DNA of 64,000 nucleotides. Source: Haliotis cracherodii (Eukaryota). The stretch spans positions 9,610,001 through 9,674,000 of the forward strand of contig NW_027266277.1 in the NCBI RefSeq assembly GCF_022045235.1, in the 5' to 3' direction. Both the position numbers and the translations under genes were made by a program. The notes under the pieces are model-generated. The model had not been told where the DNA came from, made no database searches, and saw nothing but the letters and a program-made list of their open reading frames with translations. Of this stretch, positions 36,226 to 49,933 are shown piece by piece (the stretch's first letter is position 1; each line of letters starts with the position of its first letter).

Positions 36226-37080
36226 ACACGTTCATGAGAAGACACGTAGATAGTAAGAAATGAATGAGGTAACTCTGGCTGCATGGGAAACACATAATGT
36301 AGGAGAAGATCGATGGTAAGAAATGTTTGAAATAGCATTGACTGCCATTGATATAGTACAGATACTGCTGTGAGCTAGTGAGTTAGGGTTAACGCTGAAT
36401 TCTACAGTAATACCCCGTGTATCAGGTCAATATGGAACGTGGATCAGGTCTTTGACGTTAGGGTCCTACCATTTAATGCTGGGTGTAGATAGGGGATGAA
36501 GCATGAAAATAATGTTCATTATAAAAGATATACTAATATTATTTTTCTGTCGGTTAAATCCGAGGCAAGGTAATTGTAAGAGTATGAGTTTTTAATATAT
36601 ACAAAAATTTAAATAGCAATTGGTCGTTTCCTTTGTATTTGGCACGAGTATGCTTGTTTGTTTGTTTGTTGTTTCACGCCGCACTCAGCAATATTCCAGC
36701 TACATGACGGCGGTTTGTGAATAGTCGAGTATGAAGGAACGGACAGATCCAAGATTGTCAATCATAATATACCTCAGCTCTGATTCTATGAAAATCCTTG
36801 ACCAATTCGACAGAAAGTCATGTAATAATAACAATATTAATGTATTGGATTACAATAGCGGACCTTTCATCAAAATGTTGTTTTTGAATTATGGGCCGAT
36901 GGCCTCCATTACCGAAATAAATGTCATATGTCAGTGTGATTCTACTATGAATATAGCTACCACTGGTATTTAAAAACAACAATACCAACAAAATACAACA
37001 ACAATATTTCAGCTGTCGTTCGTCGAGACTTTGGTTGATTCAGTTCTTGTGTTTATAACTTTTACGTTTTTTCCGTCAAG

Positions 37081-37223
37081 GATTATGTCAGTCTATCAAC
37101 AAAGCAGAAGGAGCCGGAAGTTGTATGTGCAGCGATTCCGTTGGCGCGACCAGGGCACTTACAGCTGCGAGGGCCAGATCCACGGCGAGTTCCGGAAGTC
37201 GTCAGTGAAAGTCCTCATTAGAG
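37081..37223 (+). CDS. Ig gene A exon 3 (…KLYVQRFRWRDQGTYSCEG…VKVLIR)
   Basis: Pyrimidine tract plus AG, G/GTTAGT donor, phase 2-1; DxGxYxC motif. Confidence 0.88.
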
Positions 37224-37719
37224 GTTAGTGCTTCGTCCTTGAACCAGGAGTACGCACCGTACACAATCTGTGATAATATGTTATTGGTCGCCACACGTTG
37301 AAATGAAGTCCATATTTGAAGGTGAATGATAAAATCATCATAAATATCATCATGGCCAACTCTTTCCACTCTGGGACGTAGGTTACTGAAAGATGACAGT
37401 GGTGACGGATGATCATTTCCGTTACTTACTGTAAACTTCCGGTACGGTTGCTCTAACGATGTCCCATTGTTCCATGTCATCAATGGCACAGTGTTCACGA
37501 GAGATAAGTCAAAAGACAAAACTAAAAAGCTGGGGCCCCACCAACCATTTTGACAACCGCTAAATACACTGTTTATTCCTGATACAGGATATTTACCATC
37601 GAATGCATTTCCGTCATAAGTGTGTACGTGCATGCGTGCGTGCGCGTGTGCGCAGTGCATGTATACTATGTATGTATATATATGGATTGATGGGTAATGT
37701 ATGGCCTTGTCTGCTGTAG

Positions 37720-37826
37720 GCACTTCAATCCGCCCGGTCAGCCAGCGTTCAGACAGAGAGACAACCGAGACACCTACAGATGTGGCGGAGGAACTGCCGT
37801 TACTCCCAGATACCATTGTTCAATGA
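37720..37826 (+). CDS. Ig gene A terminal exon (short T/E/P-rich tail, no TM); total 165 aa, secreted
   Basis: CTGTAG acceptor in phase, TGA stop, AATAAA at 37863. Confidence 0.65.
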
Positions 37827-37974
37827 TGACTCGCAGTTACAGTTTGTAGCTTTCCGTCATCAAATAAAGGTATCCAGGAAACACAGTGTTTGTCGATCAA
37901 TCGCCTGCTTAGGAATCGGAGTATAATATTTCAAAAGTTCTAAAACCATTATAAGTTACGTTTCCAAGGGTGCT

Positions 37975-38028
<54 letters not shown>

Positions 38029-38490
38029 CCCCCCCCCCCCTCTCTCTCTCAGAGGGAGGCGTCCGTAAAATATACCAATGCGAGCATCTAGCTGGGACTA
38101 TTTCTGTCTACGATCCCCAGTCTGTTTAATGGCCCGTGGAGTGAGTATCAAGTATACTCTGTCAGCCTTTGTGTATCAGTGCATAATTATATTACTATCA
38201 TTAGGGACAGTAACTTATCAGTTGAATTTAGCCGTAGTGTGGACATGTCATGCAATGAAGTCAGTTTCGTCGGTAGACATTGTCCATTAGAATGAATGCA
38301 TACTGGGTCGTTGATGTAGACTAAATGGTTTGTTGCTAGAATTCAAACAAACACCGTGTGATTAGGCGATTGTACACAATTCATTTCTCCTCACGCAACA
38401 TATTGCCAAATATTCGACCTTACATCTCCGTTTTCACAGTTAAAGTCTTTCAATACACTTGGTTTATAGGGTTAGAATAGATCTTCAGCA

Positions 38491-38872
38491 GTCAAGTCAT
38501 GACACATATACCCAACCACGTCACCTATGTCCAGGCATATATCCCGTGTGGAAGTCAAGTCATGACACATATACCCAACCACGTCAACTGTGTCCAGGCA
38601 TATATCCCGTGTGGAAGTCAAGTCATGACACATATACCCAACCACGTCAACTGTGTCCAGGCATATATCCCGTGTGGAAGTCAAGTCATGACACATATAC
38701 CCAACCACGTCAACTGTGTCCAGGCATATATCCCGTGTGGAAGTCAAGTCATGACACATATACCCAACCACGTTACTTGTGTCCAGGCATATATCCCGTG
38801 TGGAAGTCAAGTCATGATACATATACCCAACCACGTCACTTGTGTCCAGGCATATATCCTGTGTGGAAGTCA
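38491..38872. repeat. 63-bp minisatellite (6 copies)
   Basis: Unit GTCAAGTCATGACACATATACCCAACCACGTCAACTGTGTCCAGGCATATATCCCGTGTGGAA. Confidence 0.95.
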
Positions 38873-39875
38873 CTGGTGTCACTAATTATTGACCTTTCAT
38901 GAGGGTTATATATATGTCATGTTCGATATCTGTTTCTTGGGCCCATAAAATATATTGCTCGATTTGTGGTGATCACTGTACCATTACACACTGACTGTCG
39001 AGAACATATTCATCTAATAACATCTAATCGTTAATTCGGGTATAAGTTAGATACGGGACTGCCCAAATAGCTGTCTATATAAAAGTGAAATACTTTGGAC
39101 TCAACACACATCTCAGACTGGGATGGTAAACTCAGAAAAGGCCCAAGAGCGCCTCAGGTTGCAGGATAGCAAGTCAGCAACCATTAAGCACCGTGTCCAA
39201 GAATGCCCAACTTTACAGGACATCATCACCCAACATGCACCCGGCCCATGACCGCCCCACTTTACTGGATATTAGCCAACATGCACCCGGCCCAAGAATG
39301 TCCAACTTCACAGGACATCATCACCCAACAATGCACCTGGCCCAATATTTACAGTTCCTATTTGACCGGTATAATCCAAACTGTCACGCCCGCCCAAGCG
39401 CGAGTCAGTCGTAAGACCGATATGATGCAAATATTCTCCAGTCCAAAGTATTCCTCAATTCACACGTATGACCCAGTGATACCTGTCTTCATCACTCGGC
39501 TTCGACCAGTCACTGGGCGCAAGGACACCTGTCATACTCAGGTTCATTTCTAAACTACAAAAATAATAATTGCTTTAATAAAGTATAGGATCTATTCCAA
39601 GCCAAAGTACACACACTATAGTTCCATGTCTGCAGAAGTGGTATCTTAGACCAATTGTGGGGATCAGCGTACGCTACTGTACTGTACTCCCAGCCACAGT
39701 GTACGACCAGCCGCCTGCAAGAGCAGCAGTGCGGCCCGACTGGGTATGAGACGGAAGGAAGACTAGAGTTCCTGTACAGCATGCAGGCGTCGCCCCTCGC
39801 CATCAGCACACTTCTCGACACGCCTGACCCAAACAAGCACGTCTGGCGTTCTGGACTGGACATAAGTACTGGAAC

Positions 39876-39918
39876 ATGCTACGATTAACGCTTTTTGTTC
39901 TTTTTACTGTTGGAATAG
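39876..39918 (+). CDS. Ig gene B exon 1 (signal peptide MLRLTLFVLFTVGI)
   Basis: AACATG start, hydrophobic, G/GTAAGT phase-1 donor, CpG-rich upstream region. Confidence 0.75.
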
Positions 39919-40379
39919 GTAAGTTTTAATTTAAAGTTTTTAATTTTGATAATAACTATACTTTATCTATATCTTACGAATTTCGTATAATTATGGTTTT
40001 AAAAATAAGATTGGAAATATCATCTAATTATCGTAAAATTTTAACATGAAGTTTGATTATATATTTTTTAATTCATGCACAGCGTTTAACATTTAGCATG
40101 ATCTCTTTCTTCATGCTTATGTTAAACCCATACTCTGATGGTTAAGATAAGAAACATGTACGGAGACATACCCAGTGTTACGTCATTGTCAGTATCCCTT
40201 GAAAGATTTCCAGATATTTGATGAATACTTACTAGTATTTCATACAGGCGGACAATGAATGGATGAATGAATAAATCAATGAATGACCGAATGAATGAAT
40301 GAATGAACGACCTATTATCGACCAATTTACTCATAAGGAGACCCGAACAGAATGGAGAACCATTCTAAGTCATTTCTCA

Positions 40380-41530
40380 ATGTACACGTGCTTCACAGTA
40401 GATAATCTCCACGTACTTCACATACACAATCCACACGTGCTTCACAGACATAATCTACACGTGCTTCACAGACATAATCTACACGTGCGTCACAGACATA
40501 CTCTACACGTGCTTCACAGATTTAATCTACACGTGCTTCACAGACATACTCTAAACGTGCTGCACAGATTTAAACTACACGTGCTTCACAGATATGATCT
40601 ACACGTGCTTCACAGACACAATCTACACGTGCTTCAGAGACATAATCTACACGTGCTTCACATACATACTCTACACGTGCTTCACATACATAATCTACAC
40701 GTGCTTCAAATACATAATCTACACGTGCTTCACATATTTAATCTACACATGCTTCACAGACATAATCTGCACGTGCTTCACAGATTTAACCTACATGTGC
40801 TTCACAGACATACTCTACACGTGCTTCATAGATTTAATCTACACGTGCTTCACAGACATAATCTACACGTGCTTCACAGACATACTCGACACGTGCTTCA
40901 CAGATTTAATCTACACGTGCTTCACAGACATACTCTACAAGTGCTTGACACACATAATCTACACGTGCGTCACAGACATGCTCTACACGTGCTTCACAGA
41001 TTTAATCTACACGTGCTTCACAGACATAATCTACACGTGCTTCACAGATTTAATCTACACGTGGTTCTCAGACATAATCCACACGTGTTTCATCGACATA
41101 ATCTACACGTGCTTCACAGATTTAATATACACGTGGTTCTCACACATAATCTACACGTGCTTCACAGATTTAATCTACGCGTGCTTCACAGACATAATCT
41201 ACACGTGCTTCACAGATTTAATCTACAAGTGGCTCTCAGACATAATCTACACGTGTTACATCGACATAATCTACACGTGCTTCATAGATTTAATCTACAC
41301 GTGGTTCTCAGACATAATCTACACGTGCTTCACAGATTTTATCTACACGTGCTTCACAGATTTAATCTACACGTGCTTCACAGATTTAATCTGCACGTGC
41401 TTCACAGACATAACCTACACGTGCAATCTCAGATTTATTCTACACGTGCTTCACAGACATAATCTACACATGTTTCACATACATAATCTGCACGTACTTC
41501 ACAGACATAATCTGCACGTGCTTCACCGAC
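40380..41530. repeat. 24-bp minisatellite CTACACGTGCTTCACAGACATAAT (E-box in most units)
   Basis: Direct periodicity; explains ORFs 40299 and 40594. Confidence 0.95.
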
Positions 41531-41948
41531 AGTTTTAACACCTTTGGCCTTATTCACGGTTAACATGTACTGAACTCAAACAATTGAGTAAGGAGTGCCT
41601 CATATATGAAATCATTTGGTTGCATGTAGCAAGGAAGAGGTGAGCTGTAACGTTGCGTTCAAGATTATTGCACTTATATAGCGACGTGCTTGCACGCGTG
41701 TTTGTGGCTGCTAACAGTAAATGCCGCTTTTATAGAGCAAACCCAGGTACCATGACTCAGTTTAACATGGATACGCAACTCAGAGAGGGAAGTCAGTAAA
41801 TGACTTTCTGAAAGTATGCAAGACTTAAAAAACAAAAACATGAACGTTTCTTCCTATTGTCAGTGTATTGTGAAGGGATTTTTGAACAAATATGGTTTCT
41901 TGTTTAAAATGCCTCCTAATAATGTATCACGGCAAGTCACTTAGATGT

Positions 41949-42127
41949 GGGGCGGTCGGGTAGCCCAGTGATTAAAGCGTTCGCTCGTCACGCCGAAAAC
42001 TCGGGTTCGATCCCCGACATGGGTACAATAAGTGAAGCCCATTTCTGGTGCCCCCGCCGTGATATTGCTTGAATATTGCTAAAAGTGGCTAAAAACCATA
42101 TTCACTCACTCACTCACTCACTCACAC
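41949..42127 (+). mobile_element. SINE family 2
   Basis: A/B boxes, (CTCA)n tail, TSD-like CACTTAGATGTGG / CACTTAAATGTGG. Confidence 0.9.
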
Positions 42128-42661
42128 ACTTAAATGTGGGAGGAAGGGGCGTAGGCGGCAGACGGGGAGAACCTGGGTGAAACAAATGAGCAAGCGTATT
42201 ACACGCCAATGTTCAGAACCAGGAATCATAGTTCACGCGACCACCGGGTCTTTCCTTGTGTTCATCCATGTGAAGTTTATCACGACATTAAGGAAGCATC
42301 AGTTAAGCCAAAGGTGTTGGGTTCTATACATCCGGAACAACTGCCGCTGCAAGGACCTACACAAACGCATCCATGTAGGCCGGTGCGATATGCCAGAAAT
42401 GTGCGTTCTTCCGGTTTGTCCCTCAGTAGTCATGTGTTTGTCAGAAGATAACCTATTTGTCTCCGTAGTAGCTACAATTAATATGAGAAATAAAATATTA
42501 TAATTTTTCTCATTATCCATGAGTTTATCAATCCTTCGGACGAAATTATACACAGACATTTGTGCATGAAGATCTAGGTCGTGAGAATCAGGATGTCGAA
42601 ATATAGGAATTGCGCCCTGATTAGATGATTCATCTCGTCCACGGAACACCCATCTGTAGCA

Positions 42662-45510
42662 TGGAGGTGTCAGCGTGTGCTTACTGTTGTAGGGTAGGTG
42701 TCAGTTTGTACTTCCTGTTGTAGGGAGACGTCAGTGTGTACTAACTGTTGTAGGGGAGGTGTCAGTGTGTACTAACTGTTGTAGGGGAGGTGTCAGTGGG
42801 TACTCACTGTTGTAGGGACTGTGCCAGTGTGTACTAACTGTTATAGGGGAGGTGTCAGTTTGTACTTCATGTTGTAGGGGACGTGTCAGTTTGTACTTCC
42901 TGTTGTAGGAGAGGTGTTAGTGTGTACTTACTGTTGTAGGAGAGGTGTTAGTGTGTACTCATAGTTGTAGGGACTGTGTCAGTTTGTACTTCCTGTTGTC
43001 GGGAGGTATCAGTGTGTACTAACTGATGTAGGGGAGGTGTCAGTGTGTACTTACTGTTGTAGGGGAAGTGTCAGTTTGTACTTCCTGTTGTTGGGGAGGT
43101 GTCAGTGTGTACTAACTGTTGTAGGGGAGGTTTCAGTGTGTGCTCACTGTTGTAGGGGAGGTGTCAGTGTGTACTCACTTTTGTAGGGAGTGTGTCAGTG
43201 TGTACTAACTGATGTAGGGGAGGTGTCAGAGTATACTTACTGTTGTAGGGGAGGTGTCAGTGTGTACTTCCTGTTGTAGGGGAGGTGTCAGTGTGTACTC
43301 ACTCCTGTATGGCAGGTGTCAGTGTGTACTTACTGTTGAAGGGGACGAGTCAGTTTGTACTTACTGTTGTCGGGGAAGTGTCAGTTTGTACTTCCTGTTG
43401 TAGGGGAGGTGTCAGTGTGTACTCACTGTTGTAGTTGAGGTGTCAGTGTGTGCTTACTGCTGTGGGGGAGGGACCGCCTCCGTGGTCTAGTGCTAGAGCG
43501 GAAGGTCCAGGGTTCTATCCCCGGCCGCGTCATACCAAAAGACGTTAAAAGATGGTACTTGTTGTTACCCTGTCTGGCGTTCGGCATTAAGGAGCTAAAA
43601 CAAGGACTGGTCGGCTCGGAGTCAGTATACTGTGTCTGAGTGGGGTATTCATGTTAAACTGCGGCATGGTATCTCAGTGAGCTAGCACTATAAATCGGCA
43701 TNNNNNNNNNNNNNNNNNNNNNNNNNNNNNNNNNNNNNNNNNNNNNNNNNNNNNNNNNNNNNNNNNNNNNNNNNNNNNNNNNNNNNNNNNNNNNNNNNNN
43801 NNNNNNNNNNNNNNNNNNNNNNNNNNNNNNNNNNNNNNNNNNNNNNNGCAATAATCTTGGACGCGACGTTAAACCCCATTTCACCTCACCTGTAGGAGAG
43901 GTGTCAGTGTGTACTAACTGTTGTAGGGGAGGTGTCAGTGTCTACTAACCGTTGTAGGGGAGGTGTCAGTGTGTACTAACTGTTGTAGGGGAGGTTTCAG
44001 TGTGTGCTCACTGTTGTAGGGGAGGTGTCAGTGTGTACTAACTGTTGTAGGGGAGGTGTCAGTTTGTACTTCCTGTTGTAGGGGAGGTGTCAGTGTGTAC
44101 TTCCTGTTGTAGGGGAGGTGTCAGTGGGTACTTCCTGTTGTAGGGGAGGTGTCAGTGTGTACTCACTCCTGTATGGCAGGTGTCAGTGTGTACTTACTGT
44201 TGAAGGGGACGAGTCAGTTTGTACTTACTGTTGTCGGGGAAGTGTCAGTTTGTACTTCCTGTTGTAGGGGAGGTGTCAGTGTGTACTCACTGTTGTAGTT
44301 GAGGTGTCAGTGTGTACTAACTGTTGTAGGGGGAGTTTTCAGTGTGTATTTACTGTTGTAGGGGGGGTGTACAGTGAGTACTTACTGTTGTAGGGGAGGT
44401 GTCAGTCTGTACTCACTGTTGTAGGGAGGTGTTCAGTGTGTGCTAACTGTTGTAGGGACTGTGTCAGTGAGTACTTACTGTTGTAGGGGAGGTGTTCAGT
44501 GTGTGCTAACTGTTGTAGGTACTGTGTCAGTGTGTACTTACTGTTGTAGGGAGATGTTCAGTGTGTGCTAACTGTTGTAGGGACTGTGTCAGTGAGTACT
44601 TACTGTTGTAGGGGAGGTGTCAGTGTATACTTACTGTTGTAGGGAGGTGTTCAGTGTGTGCTAACTGTTGTAGGGACTGTGTCAGTGTGTACTTACTGTT
44701 CTAGGGGAGGTGTCAGTGTATACTTACTGTTGTAGGGAGGTGTTCAGTGTGTGCTAAGTGTTGTAGGTACTGTGTCAGTGTGTATTTACTGTTGTAGGGG
44801 AGGTGTTCCGTGTGTACTTTCTGATATAAGGGAGGTGTCAGTGTGTACTAACTGTTGTAGGGGAGGTGTCAGTGTGTACTTTCTTATATAGGGGAGGTTT
44901 CAGTGTGTACTAACTGTTGTAGGGGAGGTGTTCCGTGTGTATTTACTGTTGTAGGGGAGGTGTTCCGTGTGTACTTACTGTTGTAGGGGAGGTGTCAGTG
45001 TGTACTTTCTGATATAGGGGAGGTGTCAGTTTGTACTATCTGTTGTAGAGGAGGTGTTCCGAGTGTATGTACTGTTGTAGCGGAGGTGTTCCGTGTGTAT
45101 GTACCTTTGTAGGGGAGGTGTCAGTGTGTACTTACTGTTGTAGGGGAGGTGTCAGTGTGTACTTACTGTTGTAGGGGAGATGTCAGTTTGTACTTGCTGT
45201 TGTAGGGGAGGTGTCAGTGTGTACTTACTGTTGTAGGGGAGGTGTAAGCGTGTATGTACTGTTGTAGGGGAGGTGTCATTGTGTGCTTATTGTTGTAGGG
45301 GAGGTGTCTTTGTGTGCTTAGTGTTGTAGGGACGGTGTCAGTGTGTACCTACTGTTGTAGGGGAGGTGTCAGTTTGTACTTGCTGTTGTAGGGGAGGTGT
45401 CAGTGTGTAATTACTCTGGTAGGGGAGGTGTCAGTGTGTACCTACTGTTGTAGGGACGGTGTCAGTGTGTACCTACTGTTGTAGGGACGGTGTCAGTTTG
45501 TACTAACTGG
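42662..45510. repeat. 31-bp minisatellite GTGTCAGTGTGTACTTACTGTTGTAGGGGAG
   Basis: Direct periodicity, many indels. Confidence 0.95.
43471..43890 (+). mobile_element. SINE family 3 (tRNA head plus Meta/MESC-like core) inserted in the 31-bp array; spans assembly gap 43702-43847
   Basis: Reverse complement of 56204-56573. Confidence 0.85.
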
Positions 45511-45755
45511 AAGACAAACATGCGGTACTAGGGACTGTTCTGCCCGGAATCCCCACCGGGAGACACACATGTTGAAAGGTAGAGTTGTACTGACACATCT
45601 CCTGTCCTTTTTGGAAATGGCAGTGACATGAGACCCTGTACGTTAGAAACTAGTTAGGCCGTCGGTATTTTATGTTGCTGACAAATAAGCATGTCAGAAA
45701 TAGAGTGTAAACAAAGAGTAATACAATTGTGAATGTGTTTTCTTTATTTCTATAG

Positions 45756-45930
45756 ATCCGCTTGTTGGTCAAGAGTGCAGCTTACAACTGGTGCCACAAG
45801 TACCCACCATCCAGGTTGCCAGGGGCAACAACGTCAGCATCTTATGTGACGCAAGTTGCTATGGCCGACTCTCAACCAATCGGCTATCTTGGTACGACCG
45901 GTATAACCAGCCAATCGGGATGTCTGGCAG
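45756..45930 (+). CDS. Ig gene B exon 2 (DPLVGQECSLQLVPQ...VSILCDASCYG...LSWYDRYNQPI)
   Basis: TTTATTTCTATAG acceptor, AG/GTAACT donor, phase 1-2; homologous to gene A exon 2. Not in the ORF track. Confidence 0.88.
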
Positions 45931-46339
45931 GTAACTACATCAGCATGCAGGGGTTAAACTCACCTGACTCAAAAGGCAATGAGTGTGAAAAATGTGTCCT
46001 TGTCGGTGATCTCTGGAAGCGCTTGATTGACGGCAGTTGTTTTTTTGGTGTTATGGAAAGAGTTTGTAGCTTTCATTATTAAGGGATGTTCCTTCAGGGC
46101 CTATAGATGCTCCATAAAGTGAAGGGGGATTTTCACAGCTCCTCCCGAACCTGTCATGTTTTTGCAGACCCTGCTGACCCCTAACGTCCATATAAACACC
46201 GCATACCTTTTACCAGGTCTTGTCAAAACCAACTTAAATTTAGCAGAGACAAGGTTTGATGAAACTGGTAGTCCTTGAAAGATTGATTTATGATCTTTCA
46301 CAGGCTAGTACAACTTCGCCTAGTTGTCCACATCACATA

Positions 46340-48729
46340 GCCATCTAGCGGTCCTGGTGGTCTGGGTCTAGCAGTCCTGGTGGTCTGCCTCTAGCGGTCA
46401 TGGTGGCCTGGGTCTAGCGGTGCTGTTTGTCTGGGTCTCGCGGTCCTGGTGGCCTGGGTCTAGCGGTCCTGGTGGCCTGGGTCTAGCGGTCCTGGTGGCC
46501 AGGGTCTCGCGGTCCTGGTGGCTTGGGTCTAGCGGTCCTGGTGGCCAGGGTCTCGCGGTCCTGGTGGCCTGGGTCTAGCGGTCCTGGTGGTCTGGGTCTA
46601 GCAGTCCTGGTGGTCTGCCTCTAGCGGTCATGGTGGCCTGGGTCTAGCGGTCCTGGTGGTCTGCATCTAGCGGTCCTGGTGGTCGGGGTCTCGCGCTCCT
46701 GGTGGTCTTCATCTAGCGGTCCTGGTGGCCTGGGTCTAGCGATCCTGGTGGCCTGGGTCTAGCGGTCCTGGTGGCCTGGGTTTTGCGGTCCTGGTGGTCT
46801 GGGTCTAGCGGTCCTTGTGGCCTGGGTCTAGCGGTCCTGGGTTTTGCGGTCCTGGTGGTCTGGGTCTAGCGGTCCTGGTGGCCTGGGTCTAGTGGTACTG
46901 GTGGTCTGGGTCTAGCGGTCCTGGTGGCCAGGGTCTCGCGGTCCTGGTGGCCTGGGTCTAGCAGTCCTGGTGGCCTGGGTCTAGAAGTCCTGGTGGTCTG
47001 GGTCTAGCGGTCCTGGTGGCCTGGGCCTAGCGGTCCTGGTGGTCGGGGTCTCGCGCTCCTGGTGGCCTTCATCTAGCGGTCCTGGTGGCCTGGGTCTAGC
47101 GGTGCTGTTTGTCTGGGTCTCGCGGTCCTGGTGGACTGGGTCTAGCGGTCCTGGTGGTCTGCATCTAGCGGTCTTGTGGCCTGGGTCTCGCGGTCCTGGT
47201 GGCCTGGGTCTCGCGGTCCTGGTGGCCTGGGTCTAGCAGTCCTGGTGGCCTGGGTCTAGCGGTCCTGGTGGTCTGGGCCTCGCGGTCCTGGTGGTCTGGG
47301 TCTCGCGGTCCTGGTGGTCTGGGTCTCGCGGTCCAGGTGGTCTGGGTCTCGCGGTCCTGGTGGCCTGAGCCTAGCGGTCCTGGTGGTCTGGGTCTCGCGG
47401 CCCTGTTTGTCTGGGCCATACAGTCCTGGTGGTGTGTGTCTAGCGGCCCTGGTGGTCTGTGACTCGCGGTCCTTTTGGTCTGGGTCTCGTGGTCCTGTTT
47501 GTCTGGTCATAGCGGTCTTGGTGATCTGGGTCTAGCGGTCCTTGTGATCTGGGTCTAGCGGTCCACATCCAGTGGTCATCTTGCCGTCCTGGTGGTCTGG
47601 GTCTTGCGGTCCTGTTTGTCTGGGCCATACAGTCCTGGTGGTGTGTGTCTAGCGGCCCTGGTGGTCTGTGACTCGCGGTCCTGGTGGCCTGGATCTAGCG
47701 GTCCAGGTGGTCTGGGTCTCGCGGTTCTGGTGGTCTGGGTCTAGCGGTCCTGGTGGTCTGGGTCTAGCGGTCCTGTTTGTCTGGTCATAGCGGTCTTGGT
47801 GATCTGGGTCTAGCGGTCCTTGTGATCTGGGTCTAGCGGTCCACATCCAGTGGTCATCTTGCCGTCCTGGTGGTCTGGGTCTCATGTCCTGTTTGTCTGG
47901 GTCTAGCGGTCCTGTTTGTCTGGGTCTAGCGGTCCTGGTGGTCTGCATCAAGTGGTCCTGGTGGTACCCATTTAGCGGTTCTGGTGATCTTGGTGCAGCG
48001 GTCCTGGTGGTCTTGGTATACCGGTCCTGGTGATCTGGGTCTAGCAGTCCTGATGGTCTGTGTCTAGCGGTCCTGGTTGCCTGGGTCTAGTGGTCCTGGT
48101 GGCCTGGGTCTAGCGGTCCTGGTGGTCTACATCAAGCGGTCCTGGTGGTCTGGGTCTACCGGTCCTGGTGATCTGGGTCTAGCAGTCCTGATGGTCTGTG
48201 TCTAGCGGTCCTGGTGGCCTGGGTCTAGTGGTCCTGGTGGCCTGGGTCTAGCGGTCCTGGTGGTCTACATCAAGCGGTCCTGGTGGTCTGGGTCTACCGG
48301 TCCTAGTGGCCTGGGTCCAGCGATCCTGGTGGTCGGGGTCTACCGGTCCTGCAGGTCTGGGTCTAGCGATCCACATACTGTGGTCATCTAGCCGTCCTAG
48401 TGTTCTGTGTCCACCGGTCCTGGTGGTCTGTGTCCAGCGGTCCTGGTTGTCTGTGTATAGCGGCCCTGTGGTTTGTGATTCGCGGTCCTTGTGATCTGGG
48501 TCTAGCTGTCCACATCCAGTGGTCATCTTGCCGTCCTGGTGGTCTGGGTCTCATGTCCTGTTTGTCGGGGTCTAGCGGTCCTGTTTGTCTGGGTCTAGCG
48601 GTCCTGGTGGTCTGCATCTAGTGATCCTGGTGGTCTACATCTAGTGGTCCTGGTGATCTGGGTCCAGCGGTCCTGGTGGTCTGGGTCTACCGGTCCTGGT
48701 GATCTGGGGGGGGGGGGGGGGGGGGGGGG
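46340..48729. repeat. About 22-bp GC-rich minisatellite CTGGGTCTAGCGGTCCTGGTGG ending in a poly-G run
   Basis: Direct periodicity. Confidence 0.95.
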
Positions 48730-49933
48730 TGGAGATTGAAGTCTGGCGAAGCCAGATCATCAGGATAAAGTATGCTGAAGCAGTTCGTAGCCACACTCGT
48801 GGCTTGTAATGGCTGATTTGTGCACTGGCGAAGCACAGCTTTTTCTCAGCTTCCCGGGATATCTTGGATTCTCTGGATCATCTCTTGTGTTGCGCACGTC
48901 ACAAGCCCTCCGGGACAAGAGTCATCTTCAAGACGCTCCCTGTGACGCTTCTTTGGTGTCATGGGAACAGCATCTCCCTAGTGTTGTATCATCGTGGATG
49001 GCTTTTCTGCAAGTACTTCATCACTGGACGTTCCTCAAGTTTGACCATTTTCCAAAGTCCACAGACCTCTGCGTATATGACTGATTTGTCACAGCTTGGA
49101 CAAGTTATTTGTTTCGATAAAAGCCCAACCATCATCGGGTCTTCATACTGAAACAACACGCAGTGTCTTTGACTACAACCCCACTCGCATTCATGTATTT
49201 TTATACGTAACTAAAGTTTTCTCATTACATGAAACGTCAATATAGGAGAAACAGATTCCATTTGGCGTAAAGGGCAAAATAGCTGTGAAAATTACTTGAA
49301 TAGACGCTAAATGTCCGCCCGCTAACCTAAGGTGAAAGTTGAGGTTATAACGCCCATTACTTTTGGACGGAAGCACAAGAATATATGTTACAGGGGGTAA
49401 ATACGCGCATACATTTAACACAGAAAATAGCAATTCATGGTATACAATTTATTGAAATACGTTGCTTGTTCTTTAGTTTCCCGATCTGTTGGTTTGTCAG
49501 CACCATGCTCCTGCTCGTGGGTTTCGCCAAAGTGGCAAAACTCAAAGACCTGCATCACTTTGGACTTCCCTTCCACATTAAACTACCATGCCGTGATATA
49601 TACAGCCGGGCAAAAGGAAGTATGCACTTAAAAATACCCGCTTCACTCAGCTCATTACGGTAAAATTGCGACCCCAAGTTTCTTGGAATGTCATGTGCAC
49701 GTCACCTGCTGTGAGATACTCATTGATATGATGCATGTAGTATCGCATATAATACGGGTATCAAACACATCACCATCAAATAACTATTGCCTTTTTGTTT
49801 CGTTTTAGCCACTATCAAACATGGGTGTATACTTTCTTTTATCCGGCAGATTAACTGAAGTACTGATGTAATCTTTTGGTAAAGTTCATTCACTCACTCA
49901 CTCATTTCTTGAATGGATTTTTGGACTGAAATA

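Noticed and set aside
40299-41538. His-rich 387-aa and IYTCFTD 314-aa ORFs
   Set aside because: 24-bp array open in several frames within an intron; no signal peptide or splice sites link it to a gene.
42180-42450. Cys-rich minus-strand reading (GCVCVGPCSGSCSGC) and Ig-like plus reading
   Set aside because: Bounded by stops, no start or usable splice sites; the true gene B exon 2 is at 45756.
43702-43847. ORFs 43654..43884 and 43688..43879
   Set aside because: They span an N gap.
46080-49150. Coding-like sequence flanking the GC-rich array (CPSC motif near 49090)
   Set aside because: Interrupted by stops and not assignable to a family; possibly a decayed element.
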